64,000 nucleotides of DNA from Eledone cirrhosa (GCA_964016885.1 OZ024754.1:13578001-13642000); one strand, 5' to 3'; counted from the first letter of the stretch, positions 12,001 through 27,575 are shown. Notes: generated from the letters alone by a model not told the origin. A program made the numbers and translations.

Positions 12001-12803
12001 CCCTTAACCCATATATATATATATTCGTACGTACATGCGTATATTTAATCCTCTATCCATGCCCTTAATAAGTTCCCCTCATCTAAAAGCTAAATTGCGC
12101 AAAATAAATTGACTGATGCATTAATACTTAAGTAATTATGTGTGCATCCATTAATGTTTAATAACCATTCAATGATTTCATGTTATTTCCGGCACGAATT
12201 ACTTCCGATCGATATCCAGGTTCGTTAAGGATTTGTCTGGAAAAAAAGAAAGGATTGTAGTTCCGTTATTAAATTGCATTTCTCCAATATTCAACGGTCC
12301 ATACATAATAGAAGACACGCCTCTGATTTTCAACTTAATGAAAACCAAAACGATGATAAAAGTATTTAGAGTTTTCCAGACAACCTATCTGATACGTAAT
12401 CTACTTTATAGTCCGTTGTTTGTGTAAGACCTTTAGTTATGGTCAATGGTCCATTCTCTGATCTCTATAAGATTTCATCAATTCCTCTGGTCAGAATTCA
12501 ACTAAATCAAATAATTGTCGTGTAGTGTCGTGTTTTACACCGTCGGCGATAATAAAACTTCTTTAATGAATCTTATGACTACTTTCTAGCTATTATCACC
12601 AGGCAAAGAGGGTTTGGTGCGAAATGAAATCATTCCAGTAAAACTTTACTGTTTTCAGGAGTTGCGACTGATAGATAGTTCCAACAATGGAAAGAATAGT
12701 GGAAACATTGTTTCTTTGGTCTGATTTGACAAGTTCCAGCCCCACCCCACTCTGTAAGTGGATGGAACTATGGAATCTTGTCGATCGATCTTATCTTTAT
12801 ATA

Positions 12804-13196
12804 CAAGGGTCGGCTGAGAAGTTCATAGGCACAAAAATTCATAGTCTGACGAAGATATTCTCATGGTATGACCAAATGAGGCTGACCAAGATAATCTCAT
12901 TGAATGACCAAATGAGGTTTATTTTTCAACATAGTACTTGGAAAGAAACAATGCAGTTATTAATAAGAAAAGTTGAAATTAATGCATACAAGATTTCACA
13001 GCTCTGGCATCACTCCTTCTTAGGCTGACCAAGATACTCTCATTGAATGACCAAATGATGCTTATTTTTCAACATAGACCCTGGAAAGAAACAATACAGT
13101 TATTAATAAGAAGAGTTGAAATTAATGCATGCAAGATTTCATAACTCTAGCATCACTCCTTCATATTCAGCCTATAATCTTTTCAGCCTACCCTCG
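12804..13196. mobile_element. Tc1/mariner-type MITE with internal duplication
   Basis: TA|CAAGGGTCGGCTGAGAAGTTCATAGGC ... GCCTATAATCTTTTCAGCCTACCCTCG|TA; related copy in opposite orientation at 31663-32144. Confidence 0.8.
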
Positions 13197-13342
13197 TATT
13201 TGTGCACCGAAACCTTACATGCTTTAACTAGTTAAATATATATCTCTCATTATGTCTTACATTATGTCTGCTGTTGCTCGAATTCCAGAGGCGCACGGGA
13301 TATCTTCAAAGATTTTATTCATCAAGGTTAAATATATATCTA

Positions 13343-13540
13343 CTAGCTGGCCCCGTGTCGTAAAAAATGACAGCTAATGTGGTCCCGTGTCGTCAAAAAT
13401 GACAGCTAATGTGGCCCCGTGTCGTCAAAAATTACAGCTAATGGGTAGATATACCTTTCAACTGAGGTCGTTTTATATTCTTGATAATTCTGATATATTT
13501 CAATATTGCTAGGGTCTTGGCTCCTTGGACAACACAGACA
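13343..13540 (-). mobile_element. Helitron-like 3' end with triplicated 32-bp subterminal hairpin segment
   Basis: Minus strand ends ..GACACGGGGCCAGCTAG|T; TGGCCCCGTGTCGT(A/C)AAAAATGACAGCTAATG x3 at 13348-13443. Confidence 0.5.
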
Positions 13541-15122
13541 CATACATACACTAACACACACATACACTAACACACACATACACTAACACACACATACACT
13601 AACACACACATACACTAACAGACACATACACTAACACACACAAACACTAATACACACAAACACTAACACACACATACACTAACACATACATACACTAACA
13701 CACACATACACTAACACACACATACACTAACACATACATACACTAACACACACATACACTAACACGCACATACACTAACACACACATACACTAACACACA
13801 CATACACTAACACACACATACACTAACACACACATACACTAAAACACACATACACTAACACACACAAACACTAACACACACATACACTAAAACACACATA
13901 CACTAACACACACAAACACTAACACACACATACACTAACACACACATACACTAACACACACAAACACTAACACATACAAACACTAACACACACATACACT
14001 AACACACACATACACTAACACACACATATACTAACACACACATACACTAACACACACAAACACTAACAGACACATACACTAACACACGCAAACACTAATA
14101 CACACAAACACTAACACGCACATACACTAACACACACATACACTAACACACACAAACACTAACACACACAAACACTAACACGCACATACACTAACACACA
14201 CATACACTAACACACACATACACTAACACACACATACACTCACACACACATACACTAACACACACATACACTAACACACACATACACTAACACACACATA
14301 CACTAACAGACACATACACTAACACACACAAACACTAACACACACAAACACACACATACACTAACACACACATACACTAACACACACAAACACTAACACA
14401 CACAAACACTTACACGCACATACACTAACACACACATACACTAACACACACATACACTAACACACACATACACTAACACACACATACACTAACACACACA
14501 AACACTAACATACACATACACTAACACACACATACACTAAAACACACAAACACTAACACGCACATACACTAACACACACATACACTAACACACATATACA
14601 CTAACACACACATACACAAACACACACATACACTAACACACACATACACTAACACACACAAACACTAACACACACATACACTAACACACACATACACTAA
14701 CACACATACACTAACACACACATACACTAACACACACATACACTAACACACACATACACTCACACACACAAACACTAACACACACAAACACTAACACACA
14801 CATACACTAACACACACATACACACTCACACATAAACTCCCACACACATAGACTCACACACACATACACTCACACACACATACACACACACATACACACA
14901 TACACACACACGCACTCACACACATACACTAACACACACATACACTAACACACACATACACTAACACACACATACACTCACACACATATATACTCACACA
15001 TACACTAACACACACATACACTAACACACACATATACACTCACACACACATACACACACACACATATACACTCACACACACATACACACACACACACGCA
15101 CGCACTCACACACATACATACA
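13541..15122. repeat. 16-bp minisatellite (CACACATACACTAACA)n
   Basis: Direct reading. Confidence 0.95.
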
Positions 15123-15243
15123 CAAAAGTGTAGCCAAACTAAGAACTCTAGTTAAAAACAATTATTACATACACACACACATCTACACAAACATACACAT
15201 AAACAGACTCAGAGAAATAATTATAACATGCACACATATATAT

Positions 15244-15393
15244 ATGTGCGTGTGTGTGTGTGTGTGTGTGTGTCTGTGTCAGTGTCTGTGTGTGTCTGTG
15301 TGTTTGCGTGTGTGTGTTTGTGTCTGTGTCTGTGTCTGTGTGTGTCTGTGTGTGTCTGTGTGTGTCTGCGTGTGTGTGTTTGCGTGTTTTTGT

Positions 15394-15433
<40 letters not shown>

Positions 15434-15575
15434 GCGTGTGTGTGTGTGTATCTGTCTGTGTGTGTGCGTGTATCTGTGTGTCTGTGTGTGTATGTGTGTG
15501 TCTGTGTGTGTGTATCTGTGTCTGTGTGTGTATGTGTGTATGTGTGTGTTTGTGTGTCTGCGTGTGTGTGTGTGC
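15244..15575. repeat. TG-rich complex microsatellite
   Basis: Direct reading. Confidence 0.9.
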
Positions 15576-15704
15576 ATATGTATACATTTATATGTATAAG
15601 TAACACAAGTGTAGCGAACGCTGTTCTCTGTTGTCTATAGTTTATCACAGCCCCCTTCCTTCCACACTCATCACATAGATGTGTGTATATGTAATCATTA
15701 TTTT

Positions 15705-15800
15705 GAACTTTGCCTTTCATCCTTACATGGTCGATAAAATAAAGTACCAGTAATGCACTGAGTAATTGCTGGCCTTGTGCCAAACGTAGAAACAATTATT
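15705..15800 (+). mobile_element. Family-1 SINE 3' fragment
   Basis: ACTTTGCCTTTCATCC..GTCGATAAAATAAAGTACCAG..AGAAACAATTATT. Confidence 0.85.
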
Positions 15801-16752
15801 TTGTATAATGTTTATGTTTACGTATGTATTTATATTTATGTATTTATATTTTAATACTGAAACATAGATGAGTTACCTCCCTTCGCGTGACGTACAAAAA
15901 CACAAGAAGATTATATATTATATATTATATATTATATATTATATATTATATATTATATATTATCTATGTAAGAAAGATATCTAAATAAAGAAATCTATAT
16001 ATTAGTAGATTATGTGGACAGTATATTTTAAAGCCAATCCTTTCCACCTAAAATGCTATAGTACTTCTTCAGCAGTAAATATGATGCCTTCTATACGAAC
16101 AATAACTATTGATGTGACGAAATGAATTACCACACATAGAGTGACTCAAGTGGTCTGGAGGTTTTGGTACAATTTCTTGAATTTTAGTAATTACATATTA
16201 AATTTTCTTTATGGAATATATCATGGAATATATCGTGTAAATACAGTTTAATAGAAAAAGAAAAAAAAAAAAAGAAAAATTTAGATTGAGAAGAATGGAA
16301 TGTAAAATAGGAAAATATAGAGAAAAAAGAGAAAAAGAAAGAAAAGAGAAGGGAATGGCAAGAACTCTAGTGTCACAGAAGAATGGGGAGGGGGAGGGGG
16401 GGGATGATTGGGCTCTGGGCCTGGGACGCAGCGGCTGAGAGGCTACGCCCCGCGGAGAAGATCACAAAGGTGGAGAATCCAGCAGTATAGATATTTGGCA
16501 CTTAACAATGAATCCGCTTCTAAAAGACATTAGCGAAAATCTTGTTTCAGAAATTCATTTAAAGGTACTTCTATAAATGTTCTGCTTTACAGAGAAGCAA
16601 ATATTGAATTTGATTGCATAAGGTTCAAAACAGAACATTTTTATTGGCGTTTAGACATAAATCACACTGAACTTCACAATAGGTCTTAAGGTCTATATTT
16701 CACCATTTGTTGGTGCTGATTCTCAAAAGCGATAAAATGGTAAATAGCTTGT

Positions 16753-16754
<2 letters not shown>

Positions 16755-16811
<57 letters not shown>

Positions 16812-16812
16812 C

Positions 16813-16886
<74 letters not shown>

Positions 16887-16915
16887 GTGTGTGCGTGTGC
16901 GTGTGTGTGTGTGTG
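16755..16915. repeat. (TG)n with (CG)n insert
   Basis: Direct reading. Confidence 0.95.
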
Positions 16916-17599
16916 GTTCTGTGTATCGATTGTGCGTGTGTGTGTGGTTCTGTGTATCTATGTGAGAGTATGTGCCTATATTTTCTTCTCGTTTTCACAT
17001 AAATTTCATTACTATTCGAATTTTAATGTTAATTTTTTAACTTTTACTTATTTATTTTTTATGAATTTTATGGAAATGGTATTTTGGTAAATTTATTCGC
17101 TATGACATTTAAAAAAAAAAACTAAAAGATTAATTTTCTGCTTATATTAAATCTTAAATTGACGAGAATCTATTAGAAACAAATTAATTCAGCGAATTGT
17201 GGTGATGGTGGTGGTGTAGGTTTGGATGTGGGTGTTGATAGTAATGGTGATGGTGGTGGTCTAAGTCTTATGGTGGTAGTTGTAGCGGAGTGATGGGTGA
17301 TGATAAATTCAAACAGAAAGTCGTGTTTTTTTAGCGTTTTTTTATGTAAATGTTCTAATAAATAAGAACCCTAAATGTTCTGACTTCTATTTCTCTTCTG
17401 TTCATATCTCTTAATAATTTCTAAGTTTAATTTCAACGCGGTTTATTATAAATAGGTCTCCATAACTAATTACATTCTTCATTAGCAATCTAGTTTGATA
17501 AGTAGTACGTATCTTGCTTTTGCTAAGTGTTTTAGGTGCCTGTGCAGTCGCGAACCAACACAGACACCCTATAATTCCCCCTTTCTTTTGATTCAGTGG

Positions 17600-18900
17600 A
17601 ACATCACAGGATCTAAGGTTTCACGGGTGTATTAGAATTCATAGAATAATGAGAAAAGCTCAACGCAAGAATAGCTGTTACAACAGCAAAATACTGTCAA
17701 TGACGGTATCGGGTAAAATTTACCTCAAAGAATAAAGGTCAGTAGCTAGAAGTGTATTGGCCCGTAGAAGTTATAGGAAGAGAGGAGCATGGGAAGAAAA
17801 CGAGACAAGATCACACAAGTATCATTTCACCTCTTCAGCTCTCATACCGGATGTATTTTTGCACAATTTAACTTGAGAGGACTACATAAAATTGCCGGCT
17901 TGTACAACAGAAAATAAATATCTCTGGAAGAATGTTGCTGTATTCAAACCCAGAGAGGAGATGAGCTCCATCGGGTTTTTAAAATGCCCAAGAAACCCTG
18001 TGTATCAATATGGCGCTCCTACGATTCCCTTAGGAGTTACGGGACCATGCATACATATACATATCTTCTTTGCATTCCACAGACTCAGCTGCCCTACGAC
18101 TCGAACAATTACATCAACCATCTAGAAACTAGACATTAAACAAATAGATTTAAAGTATCAGCTTCCAAGTCAACAAACTAGTTTTTCGTTAGCAACACTA
18201 AAGATCATCGAATACAGCCAACCCTCACCACACTCTCTGATATAGACATAACAAGCACAGAGTACAAAACTTTCCAAGTATTTCTCTTTACAATGCTTCT
18301 ATGATAATCACTGCACATGTAAATACACATTGAAGCAACAGACACTCACTGACAAACACACTTAAAATTGTTAAATTACCAACAAACAGAACCAACGCAA
18401 GTCTATAATCAATGTTATTAGATTAATAATTATTAGATTTACTATATAACACCAGTTCTGTCTGGTAACCAATGTCTCAAACAAGCTTCAAAGATTGCGA
18501 AATAGTAGGTATACATAAAATCACAAGGCACCTGCACAACGAATCAAAAATACTCAAACTGAAAGACCGCCTGGAGCTAATTACAACTTTATAGTAACTT
18601 CCATAACATATACAGCCAACAATTCTAGCAGACATTTAAACACAAGAACAAAGAAATATTTGCACTATCAATATATTGGATCGTCAAGTATGAAATTTGT
18701 AAAAATTTGTAGAAAAAAAGCAAATTTCTACACATTTCATACTTCACGACCTAACAGTTTTATCAAATACTAGCACTCTGCTGGTAAACACACCACCAAT
18801 GAAAAGTGCCAAGAAACAGCAACAATTGCGACTGTGCTACAATTGCGAGTGTGTTCACATTACCCGAATCTATGGTGGCCGCCATCATAAGTCACACAGC
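17600..18900 (+). pseudogene. Highly decayed Penelope-like element (RT + GIY-YIG remnants)
   Basis: PVYQYGAPTI (cf. P.LYGLPKIH) near 18000, SP-TLSDI-like RT motif near 18225, SSRHLNTRTKKYL (cf. GIY-YIG T.R.L..R.KEH) near 18625-18662; many stops/frameshifts. Confidence 0.5.
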
Positions 18901-18956
18901 CTTACAGAAAGTAACTAGACAGTAGAAAGAAAGTAACTTGTTCGGATTGCAATAAT

Positions 18957-19139
18957 TGTTTCTACTTTAGGCACAAGGCCAGCAATTACCCAGTGCATTA
19001 CTGGTACTTTATTTTATCGACCCCGTAAGGATAAAAGGCAAAGTCAACCTCGGCGGGATTTGAACTCAGATTGTAAAGGGACGTAACTATGCTGGAAAGC
19101 ATGGCGTCCGACCCTCTACCGATACTGCCAATCCACCGC
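18957..19139 (-). mobile_element. Full-length family-1 SINE with 20-bp target-site duplication
   Basis: CTTGTTCGGATTGCAATAAT at 18937-18956 and 19140-19159. Confidence 0.92.
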
Positions 19140-19354
19140 CTTGTTCGGATTGCAATAATGCAACCTAAAGACTATAATACTCAGTATGGTCCTTGTCAAG
19201 GTGTTTTCTTTCTTTGAGTCTTCACCCCCTGTCTGCTGGAGCCCGCCATTCATCAAATCCCTGTATGATTTTTTAATCAATCTAAACTTTTTCACCGTTT
19301 TATACTTTGATAAAAAAAAAAACATACTATTAACGCTTATGACTTTTCTTGTCA

Positions 19355-20500
19355 TTATTACGCCATGCTTTCCCGCCGAGGTTGACTTTGCCTTTCATCC
19401 TTACGGGGTCGATAAAATAAAGTACCAGTAATGCACTGGGTAATTGCTGGCCTTGTGCCTAAAGTAGAAACAATTATTACGCCATGCTTACGGGGTCGAT
19501 AAAATAAAGTACCAGTAATACACTGGGTATTTGCTGGCCTTGTGCCAAAAGTAGAAACAATTATTACGCCATGCTTTCTAGCATAGTTACGTCCCTTTAC
19601 GGTCTGAGTTCAAATCCCGCCGAGGTTAACTTTGCCTTTCATCCTTACGGGGTCGATAAAATAAAGTACCAGTAATGTACTGAGATAATTGCTGGCCTTG
19701 TGCCAAAAGTAGAAACAATTATTACGGTGGATTCTTTCTACTTTTGGCACAAGGCCAGCAATTATCTCAGTGTATTACTGGTACTTTATTTTATCGACCT
19801 CGTAAGGATGAAAGGTAAAGTTAACCTCGGCGAGATTTGAACTCAAACGGTAAAGGGACGTAACTCTATGCTGGAAAGCATGGCGTCCGGCCCTCTACCA
19901 ACGCCATGCTTTCCAGCATAGAGTTATGACCCTTTATGATCTGAGTTCAGATCTCGCCGAGGTTAACTTTACCTTTCATCATTACGGGGTCGATAAAATA
20001 AAGTACCAGTCACGGACTGGGGTCAATTTAATCGACTTCCCCTCCCTCAAAATTGCTGGCTTTGTGCCTATATAAGAAACCATTATTATGGTGGATGGGC
20101 AGTATCGGTAGAGCGTCGGACGCCATGCTTTGCAGCAAAGAGTTATGGCCCTTTATGGTCTGAGTTCAAATCCCGCCGAGGTTAACTTTGCCTTTCATCC
20201 TTACGAGGTCGATAAAATAAAGTACCAGTAATACGCTGGGATAATTGCTGGACTTGTTTCAAAAGTAGAAACAAATATTATGGTGGATTGGCAGAATCGG
20301 TAGAGCGTCGTGCAACATGCTTTGCACATAGTGTTATGTCCGTATACGTTCTGAGTTCAAATCCCCCCGAGCTTAGCTTTGCCTTTCATCCTTATGGGGT
20401 CGATAAAATAAAGTACCAGTAATACACTGGCATCGATTCAATCGACTTTTCCCTCCCCCAAAATTGTTTGCCTTGTGCCTAAATCAGAAAACCATTATTA
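19355..20500. mobile_element. Cluster of ~7 family-1 SINE units, head-to-tail with one inverted copy (~19735-19900)
   Basis: Repeated GTCGATAAAATAAAGTACCAG cores and AGAAACAATTATT tails. Confidence 0.9.
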
Positions 20501-20782
20501 TGAGCATAATTTCAATTGATTAAAAAGTACTTAGGTTCATTATATTAAATATGTTAGCCGAACGTGACTAGAGGTATGGCATATATATGGAACAATGGGT
20601 CTATGAATTGTAGCAAGTTGCTTCATTGACTATCTATAGGATATACTGTAGTTCTCTTCGATCAAGACCAACCTGCAATCTTCGATTAAACATTTATTTC
20701 AACGATTTACTATGAACAATACGTATGTACAAACGTTACACAGTAATTTCATAATATACTGGCTTGGAGTTTGGTTCTTTTG

Positions 20783-23700
20783 TGTTCGGACATGGTGTAT
20801 ATATGTATGTATAAGAGAGATTGAGTAGTTGGTGTTCGGACATGGTGTATATATGTATGTATAAGAGAGATTGAGTATTTGGTGTTCGGACATGGTGTAT
20901 ATATGTGTGTATAAGAGAGATTGAGAGTTTGGTGTTCGGACATGGTGTATATATATGTATGTATAAGAGAGATTGAGTATTTGGTGTTCGGACATGGTGT
21001 ATATATGTGTGTATAAATGAGATTGAGTATTTGGTGTTCGGACCTGGTGTATATATGTATGTATAAGAGAGATTGAGTATTTGGTGTTCGGACATGCTGT
21101 ATATATGTGTGTATAAGAGAGATTGAGTATTTGGTGTTCGGACATGGTGTATATATGTGTGTATAAGAGAGATTGAGAGTTTGGTGTTCGGACATGGTGT
21201 ATATATGTATGTATAAGTGAGATTGAGTATTTGGTGTTCGGACATGGTGTATATATGTGTGTATAAATGAGATTGAGTATTTGGTGTTCGGACCTGGTGT
21301 ATATATGTGTGTATAAATGAGATTGAGTATTTGGTGTTCGGACATGGTGTATATATGAATGTATAAGTGAGATTGAGTATTTGGTGTTCGGACCTGGTGT
21401 ATATATGTATGTATAAATGAGATTGAGAGTTTGGTGTTCGGGCCTGGTGTATATATGTGTGTATAAGAGAGATTGAGTATTTGGTGTTCGGACATGGTGT
21501 ATATATGTGTGTATAAATGAGATTGAGTATTTGGTGTTCGAACCTGGTGTATATATGTGTGTATAAGAGAGATTGAGTATTTGGTGTTCGGACATGGTGT
21601 ATATATGTGTGTATAAGAGAGATTGAGTATTTGGTGTTCGGACATGGTGTATATATGTGTGTATAAGTGAGATTGAGTATTTGGTGTTCGGACATGGTGT
21701 ATATATGTATGTATAAGAGAGATTGAGTATTTGGTGTTCGGACATGGTGTATATATGTATGTATAAGAGAGATTGAGTATTTGGTGTTCGGACATGGTGT
21801 ATATATGTGTGTATAAGTGAGATTGAGTATTTGGTGTTCGGACATGGTGTATATATGTGTGTATAAGAGAGATTGAGTATTTGGTGTTCGGACATGGTGT
21901 ATATATGTGTGTATAAGTGAGATTGAGTGTTTGGTGTTCGGACATGGTGTATATATGTGTGTATAAATGAGATTGAGTATTTGGTGTTCGGACATGGTGT
22001 ATATATGTGTGTATAAATGAGATTGAGTATTTGGTGTTCGGACATGGTGTATATATGTGTGTATAAGTGAGATTGAGTATTTGGTGTTCGGACATGGTGT
22101 ATATATGTGTGTATAAGAGAGATTGAGTATTTGGTGTTCGGACATGGTGTATATATGTGTGTATAAGAGAGATTGAGTATTTGGTGTTCGGACATGGTGT
22201 ATATATGTATAAGAGAGATTGACTATTTGGTGTTCGGACATGGTGTATATATGTGTGTATAAATGAGATTGAGTATTTGGTGTTCGGATATGGTGTATAT
22301 ATGTATGTATAAGAGAGATTGAGTATTTGGTGTTCGGACCTGGTGTATATATGTGTGTATAAGAGAGATGGAGTATTTGGTGTTCGGACATGGTGTATAT
22401 ATGTATGTATAAGAGAGATTGAGTATTTGGTGTTCGGACATGGTGTATATATGTATGTATAAGAGAGATTGAGTATTTGGTGTTCGGACCTGGTGTATTT
22501 ATGTATGTATAAGAGAGATTGAGTATTTGGTGTTCGGACCTGGTGTATATATATGTATGTATAAGAGAGATTGAGTATTTGGTGTTCGGACATGGTGTAT
22601 ATATGTGTGTATAAATGAGATTGAGTATTTGGTGTTCGGACCTGGTGTATATATGTGTGTATAAATGAGATTGAGTATTTGGTGTTCGGACATGGTGTAT
22701 ATATGTGTGTATAAGAGAGATTGAGTATTTGGTGTTCGGACATGGTGTATATAAATATATGTGTATAAGAGAGATTGAGTATTTGGTGTTAGGACCTGGT
22801 GTATATATGTATGTATAAGAGAGATTGAGTATTTGGTGTTCGGACATGCTGTATATATGTGTGTATAAATGAGATTGAGTATTTGGTGTTCGGACCTGGT
22901 GTATATATGTGTGTATAAGAGAGTTTGAGTATTTGGTGTTCGGACCTGGTGTATATATGTATGTATAAGAGAGATTGAGTATTTGGTGTTCGGACATGGT
23001 GTATATATGTGTGTATAAGAGAGATTGAGAGTTTGGTGTTCGGACATGGTGTATATATGTATGTATAAGTGAGATTGAGTATTTGGTGTTCGGACATGGT
23101 GTATATATGTGTGTATAAATGAGATTGAGTATTTGGTGTTCGGACCTGGTGTATATATGTGTGTATAAATGAGATTGAGTATTTGGTGTTCGGACATGGT
23201 GTATATATGTATGTATAAGTGAGATTGAGTATTTGGTGTTCGGACCTGGTGTATATATGTATGTATAAATGAGATTGAGAGTTTGGTGTTCGGGCCTGGT
23301 GTATATATGTGTGTATAAGAGAGATTGAGTATTTGGTGTTCGGACATGGTGTATATATGTGTGTATAAATGAGATTGAGTATTTGGTGTTCGGACATGGT
23401 GTATATATGTGTGTATAAGAGAGATTGAGTATTTGGTGTTCGGACCTGGTGTATATATGTATGTATAAATGAGATTGAGAGTTTGGTGTTCGGGCCTGGT
23501 GTATATATGTGTGTATAAGAGAGATTGAGTATTTGGTGTTCGGACATGGTGTATATATGTGTGTATAAATGAGATTGAGTATTTGGTGTTCGGACATGGT
23601 GTATATATGTGTGTATAAGAGAGATTGAGTATTTGGTGTTCGGACATGGTGTATATATGTGTGTATAAGTGAGATTGAGTGTTTGGTATTCGGACATGGT

Positions 23701-24190
23701 GTATATATGTGTGTATAAATGAGATTGAGTATTTGGTGTTCGGACCTGGTGTATATATGTGTGTATAAGAGAGATTGAGTATTTGGTGTTCGGACATGGT
23801 GTATATATGTGTGTATAAGTGAGATTGAGTATTTGGTGTTCGGACCTGGTGTATATATGTGTCTATAAGAGAGATTGAGTATTTGGTGTTCGGACATGGT
23901 GTATATATGTGTGTATAAGTGAGATTGAGTATTTGGTGTTCGGACCTGGTGTATATATGTGTGTATAAGAGAGATTGAGTATTTGGTGTTCGGACATGGT
24001 GTATATATGTGTGTATAAATGAGATTGAGTATTTGGTGTTAGGACATGGTGTATATGTATGTATAAGAGAGATTGACTATTTGGTGTTCGGACATGGTGT
24101 ATATAAATATTTGTGTATAAGAGAGATTGAGTATTTGGTGTTCGGACATGGTGTACATACGTGTGTATAAATGAGATTGAGTGTTTGGTA
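20783..24190. repeat. 50-bp tandem satellite (~68 units)
   Basis: Unit TTGGTGTTCGGACATGGTGTATATATGTGTGTATAAGAGAGATTGAGTAT. Confidence 0.97.
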
Positions 24191-24339
24191 TCCTCTACAT
24201 ATTAAATAACTACAGTAATTCAGTTGAAACTTCATATATGACGAGGCTAGACCAGCTTCCGCTGTTTCCGTTTAATAAACTCACAAACGACTAATATGTC
24301 GATGATCAAGCATTTATATTTGTGTTTCAACCAAGCTAA

Positions 24340-24680
24340 GGCGGCGAATTGGCAGTGTATTTAGAGCACTGGATTAAAAGTGAATCTGTGTTTGTTCCGG
24401 TTTATTGCGCTTTAAGTTCAAATCTCATCGTGATCAACTTGATCAAGACACTTTATATCATATTGTTCTAACCAGCCAGCAGAAGTAAGTTCTACCTGTA
24501 ATTCAGTGAGTCTTGTTACACATTGCTTCACGCTGAGTCTCGTTGAGAACTACAATAAGGGTAAACGCGCCTACAGAGTGCTCAGCCACTAAATAACACA
24601 CTAAGTTCACGAGCTGACAGTTCCATTGATTCAATCAACTGTAAAAATTCTTCGCTGAAAATGAAAGAGCTCCAGCAACA
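24340..24680 (+). mobile_element. Degraded tRNA-derived SINE with family-2 type body/tail
   Basis: GGCGGCGAATTGGCAG..AGTTCAAATC..CAAGACACTTTAT..GAGAACTAC..GAGTGCTCAGCCAC. Confidence 0.65.
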
Positions 24681-25254
24681 CATTTTCAAAATGGCATTCA
24701 CAAAATAACTAAAAAGAAACATTAAAAAATCTGGGATCGAAACTAAACCACGGATTCAAATTGCCTGTGAAAGATTTTTATCTCACATTCCACAGCATCC
24801 ACTAATGTCTTCTTAGCTTTATATTGGAATAATTTGTATTTCTTTAATTCCTTTCCTTTTTTGAAATTGGTGACTAATAAATCTATCTTTCAATGCTTCC
24901 GGTTCATAAAAATTTCTGTAAAATCAATAACTAGAGAAATAAACAATTAAATATCAAACAATAAATAAATCAACCAATAAAATATCAAACATCGTATAAT
25001 ATGATAAGTTCTAAAAAAATATCAGCTTCCATCAAACAAACATTATCCCTCATTTACTGTAGATTCTGTACACCTTTTCTTTTAAAGAACGTTACTGTAA
25101 TGACGTCATTGCTGTTTTAGTTATTTCTTGTTGGTTCACAGCAGTTCATTCCAGAGTTTCTAAAGAACTCTAATCTGAGGAATGAAAGAATAAGAACGAA
25201 ATATATAAACGAAATACCATAACAACACACACACACTCACATACATTAGTACAC

Positions 25255-27005
25255 ACATACACTATACCACAGTACACACCAAACTACACACAACACTACA
25301 CACCACACTACACACCAAACTACACACCACACTACACACCACACCACACTACACTACACACCACACTACACTACACACTACACCACACCACACCACACTA
25401 CACTACACTACACCACACTACACTACACACCACACTACACCACACCACACACTACACCACACCACACCACACTACACCACACCATACCACACTACACTAC
25501 ACCACACTACACTACACTACACACCACACTACACCACACCACACACTACACCACACCACACCACACTACACAACACTACACCACACCACACTACACTACA
25601 CCAAACCACACTACACCACACCACACTACACCACACCACACTACACCACACCATACTACACCACACCACACCACACCACACCACACTACACCACACCACA
25701 CTACACCAGACCACACTACACCACACCACACACTACACCACACCACACCACACCACACTACACCACACCATACCACATTACACTACACCACACTACACTA
25801 CACTACACACCACACTACACCACACCACACACTACACCACACCACACCACACCACACCACACCACACTACACCACACTACACTACACCAGACCACACTAC
25901 ACCACACCACACACTACACTACACCACACCACACTACACAACACTACACCACACCACACTACACTACACCAAACCACACTACACCACACCACACTACACC
26001 ACACCACACTACACCACACCATACTACACCACACCACACCACACCACACCACACCACACTACACCACACTACACTACACCAGACCACACTACACCACACC
26101 ACACACTACACCACACCACACTACACCACACTACACCACACCACACCACACCACACCACACCACACCACACACTACACCACATTACACTACACCACACCA
26201 TACTACACCACACCACATCACACCACACTACACCACACCACACTACACAACACTACACCACACCACACTACACTGCACCAAACCACACTACACCACACCA
26301 CACTACACCACACCACACTACACCACACCATACTACACTACACTACACCACACTACACCACACCACACTACATTACACCACACCACACCACACTATACCA
26401 CACCACAGCACACTACACCACACCAGACCGCACCAGACCACATCACACCACACCATACCACACCACACCACACTACACTAGACCACACCACACCAGACTA
26501 CATCACACCACACCATACCACACCACACTACACCACACCACACTACACCACACCATACTACACCACACTACACCAAACCACACCACACTACACCACACCA
26601 CACATTACACCACACTACACCACACCACACTACACTAGACCACACTACACTATACCACACCACACTACACCACACTACACCACACCACACTGCACCACAC
26701 CACACCACACTACACCACACTACACCACACTACACCACACCACACTACACCACACCCCCACTACACCACACTCCACTACACTACACCACACTACACATTA
26801 CACCACACTACACCACACCACACTACACTAGACCACACTACACTATACCACACCACACTACACCACACTACACCACACCACACTGCACCACACCACACCA
26901 CACTACACCACACTACACCACACCACACTACACCACACCACACTACACCACACCACACTACACCACACCACACCACACTACACTACACCACACCACACTA
27001 CACTA
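25255..27005. repeat. Pentanucleotide satellite (CACCA/CACTA)n
   Basis: Direct reading. Confidence 0.95.
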
Positions 27006-27092
27006 TCTCTATCTCTCTATCTTTATCTCTAGTTCTATCTATTTCTATCTATCTATCCTTCTTCCATGTGTGCTTTTTCTTTTCTCAGGCAC

Positions 27093-27575
<483 letters not shown>

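Noticed and set aside
20736-23897. 1053-aa ORF as a real gene
   Set aside because: Translation of a 50-bp satellite, open in all frames and tolerant of frameshifts; no unique domain
25075-25172. Possible minus-strand host exon after TTCTTTCATTCCTCAG
   Set aside because: Good acceptor but stops in all frames within ~60 nt and no recognisable protein
25255-27005. Telomeric repeat
   Set aside because: (TGGTG/TAGTG)n is not TTAGGG and is interstitial and degenerate
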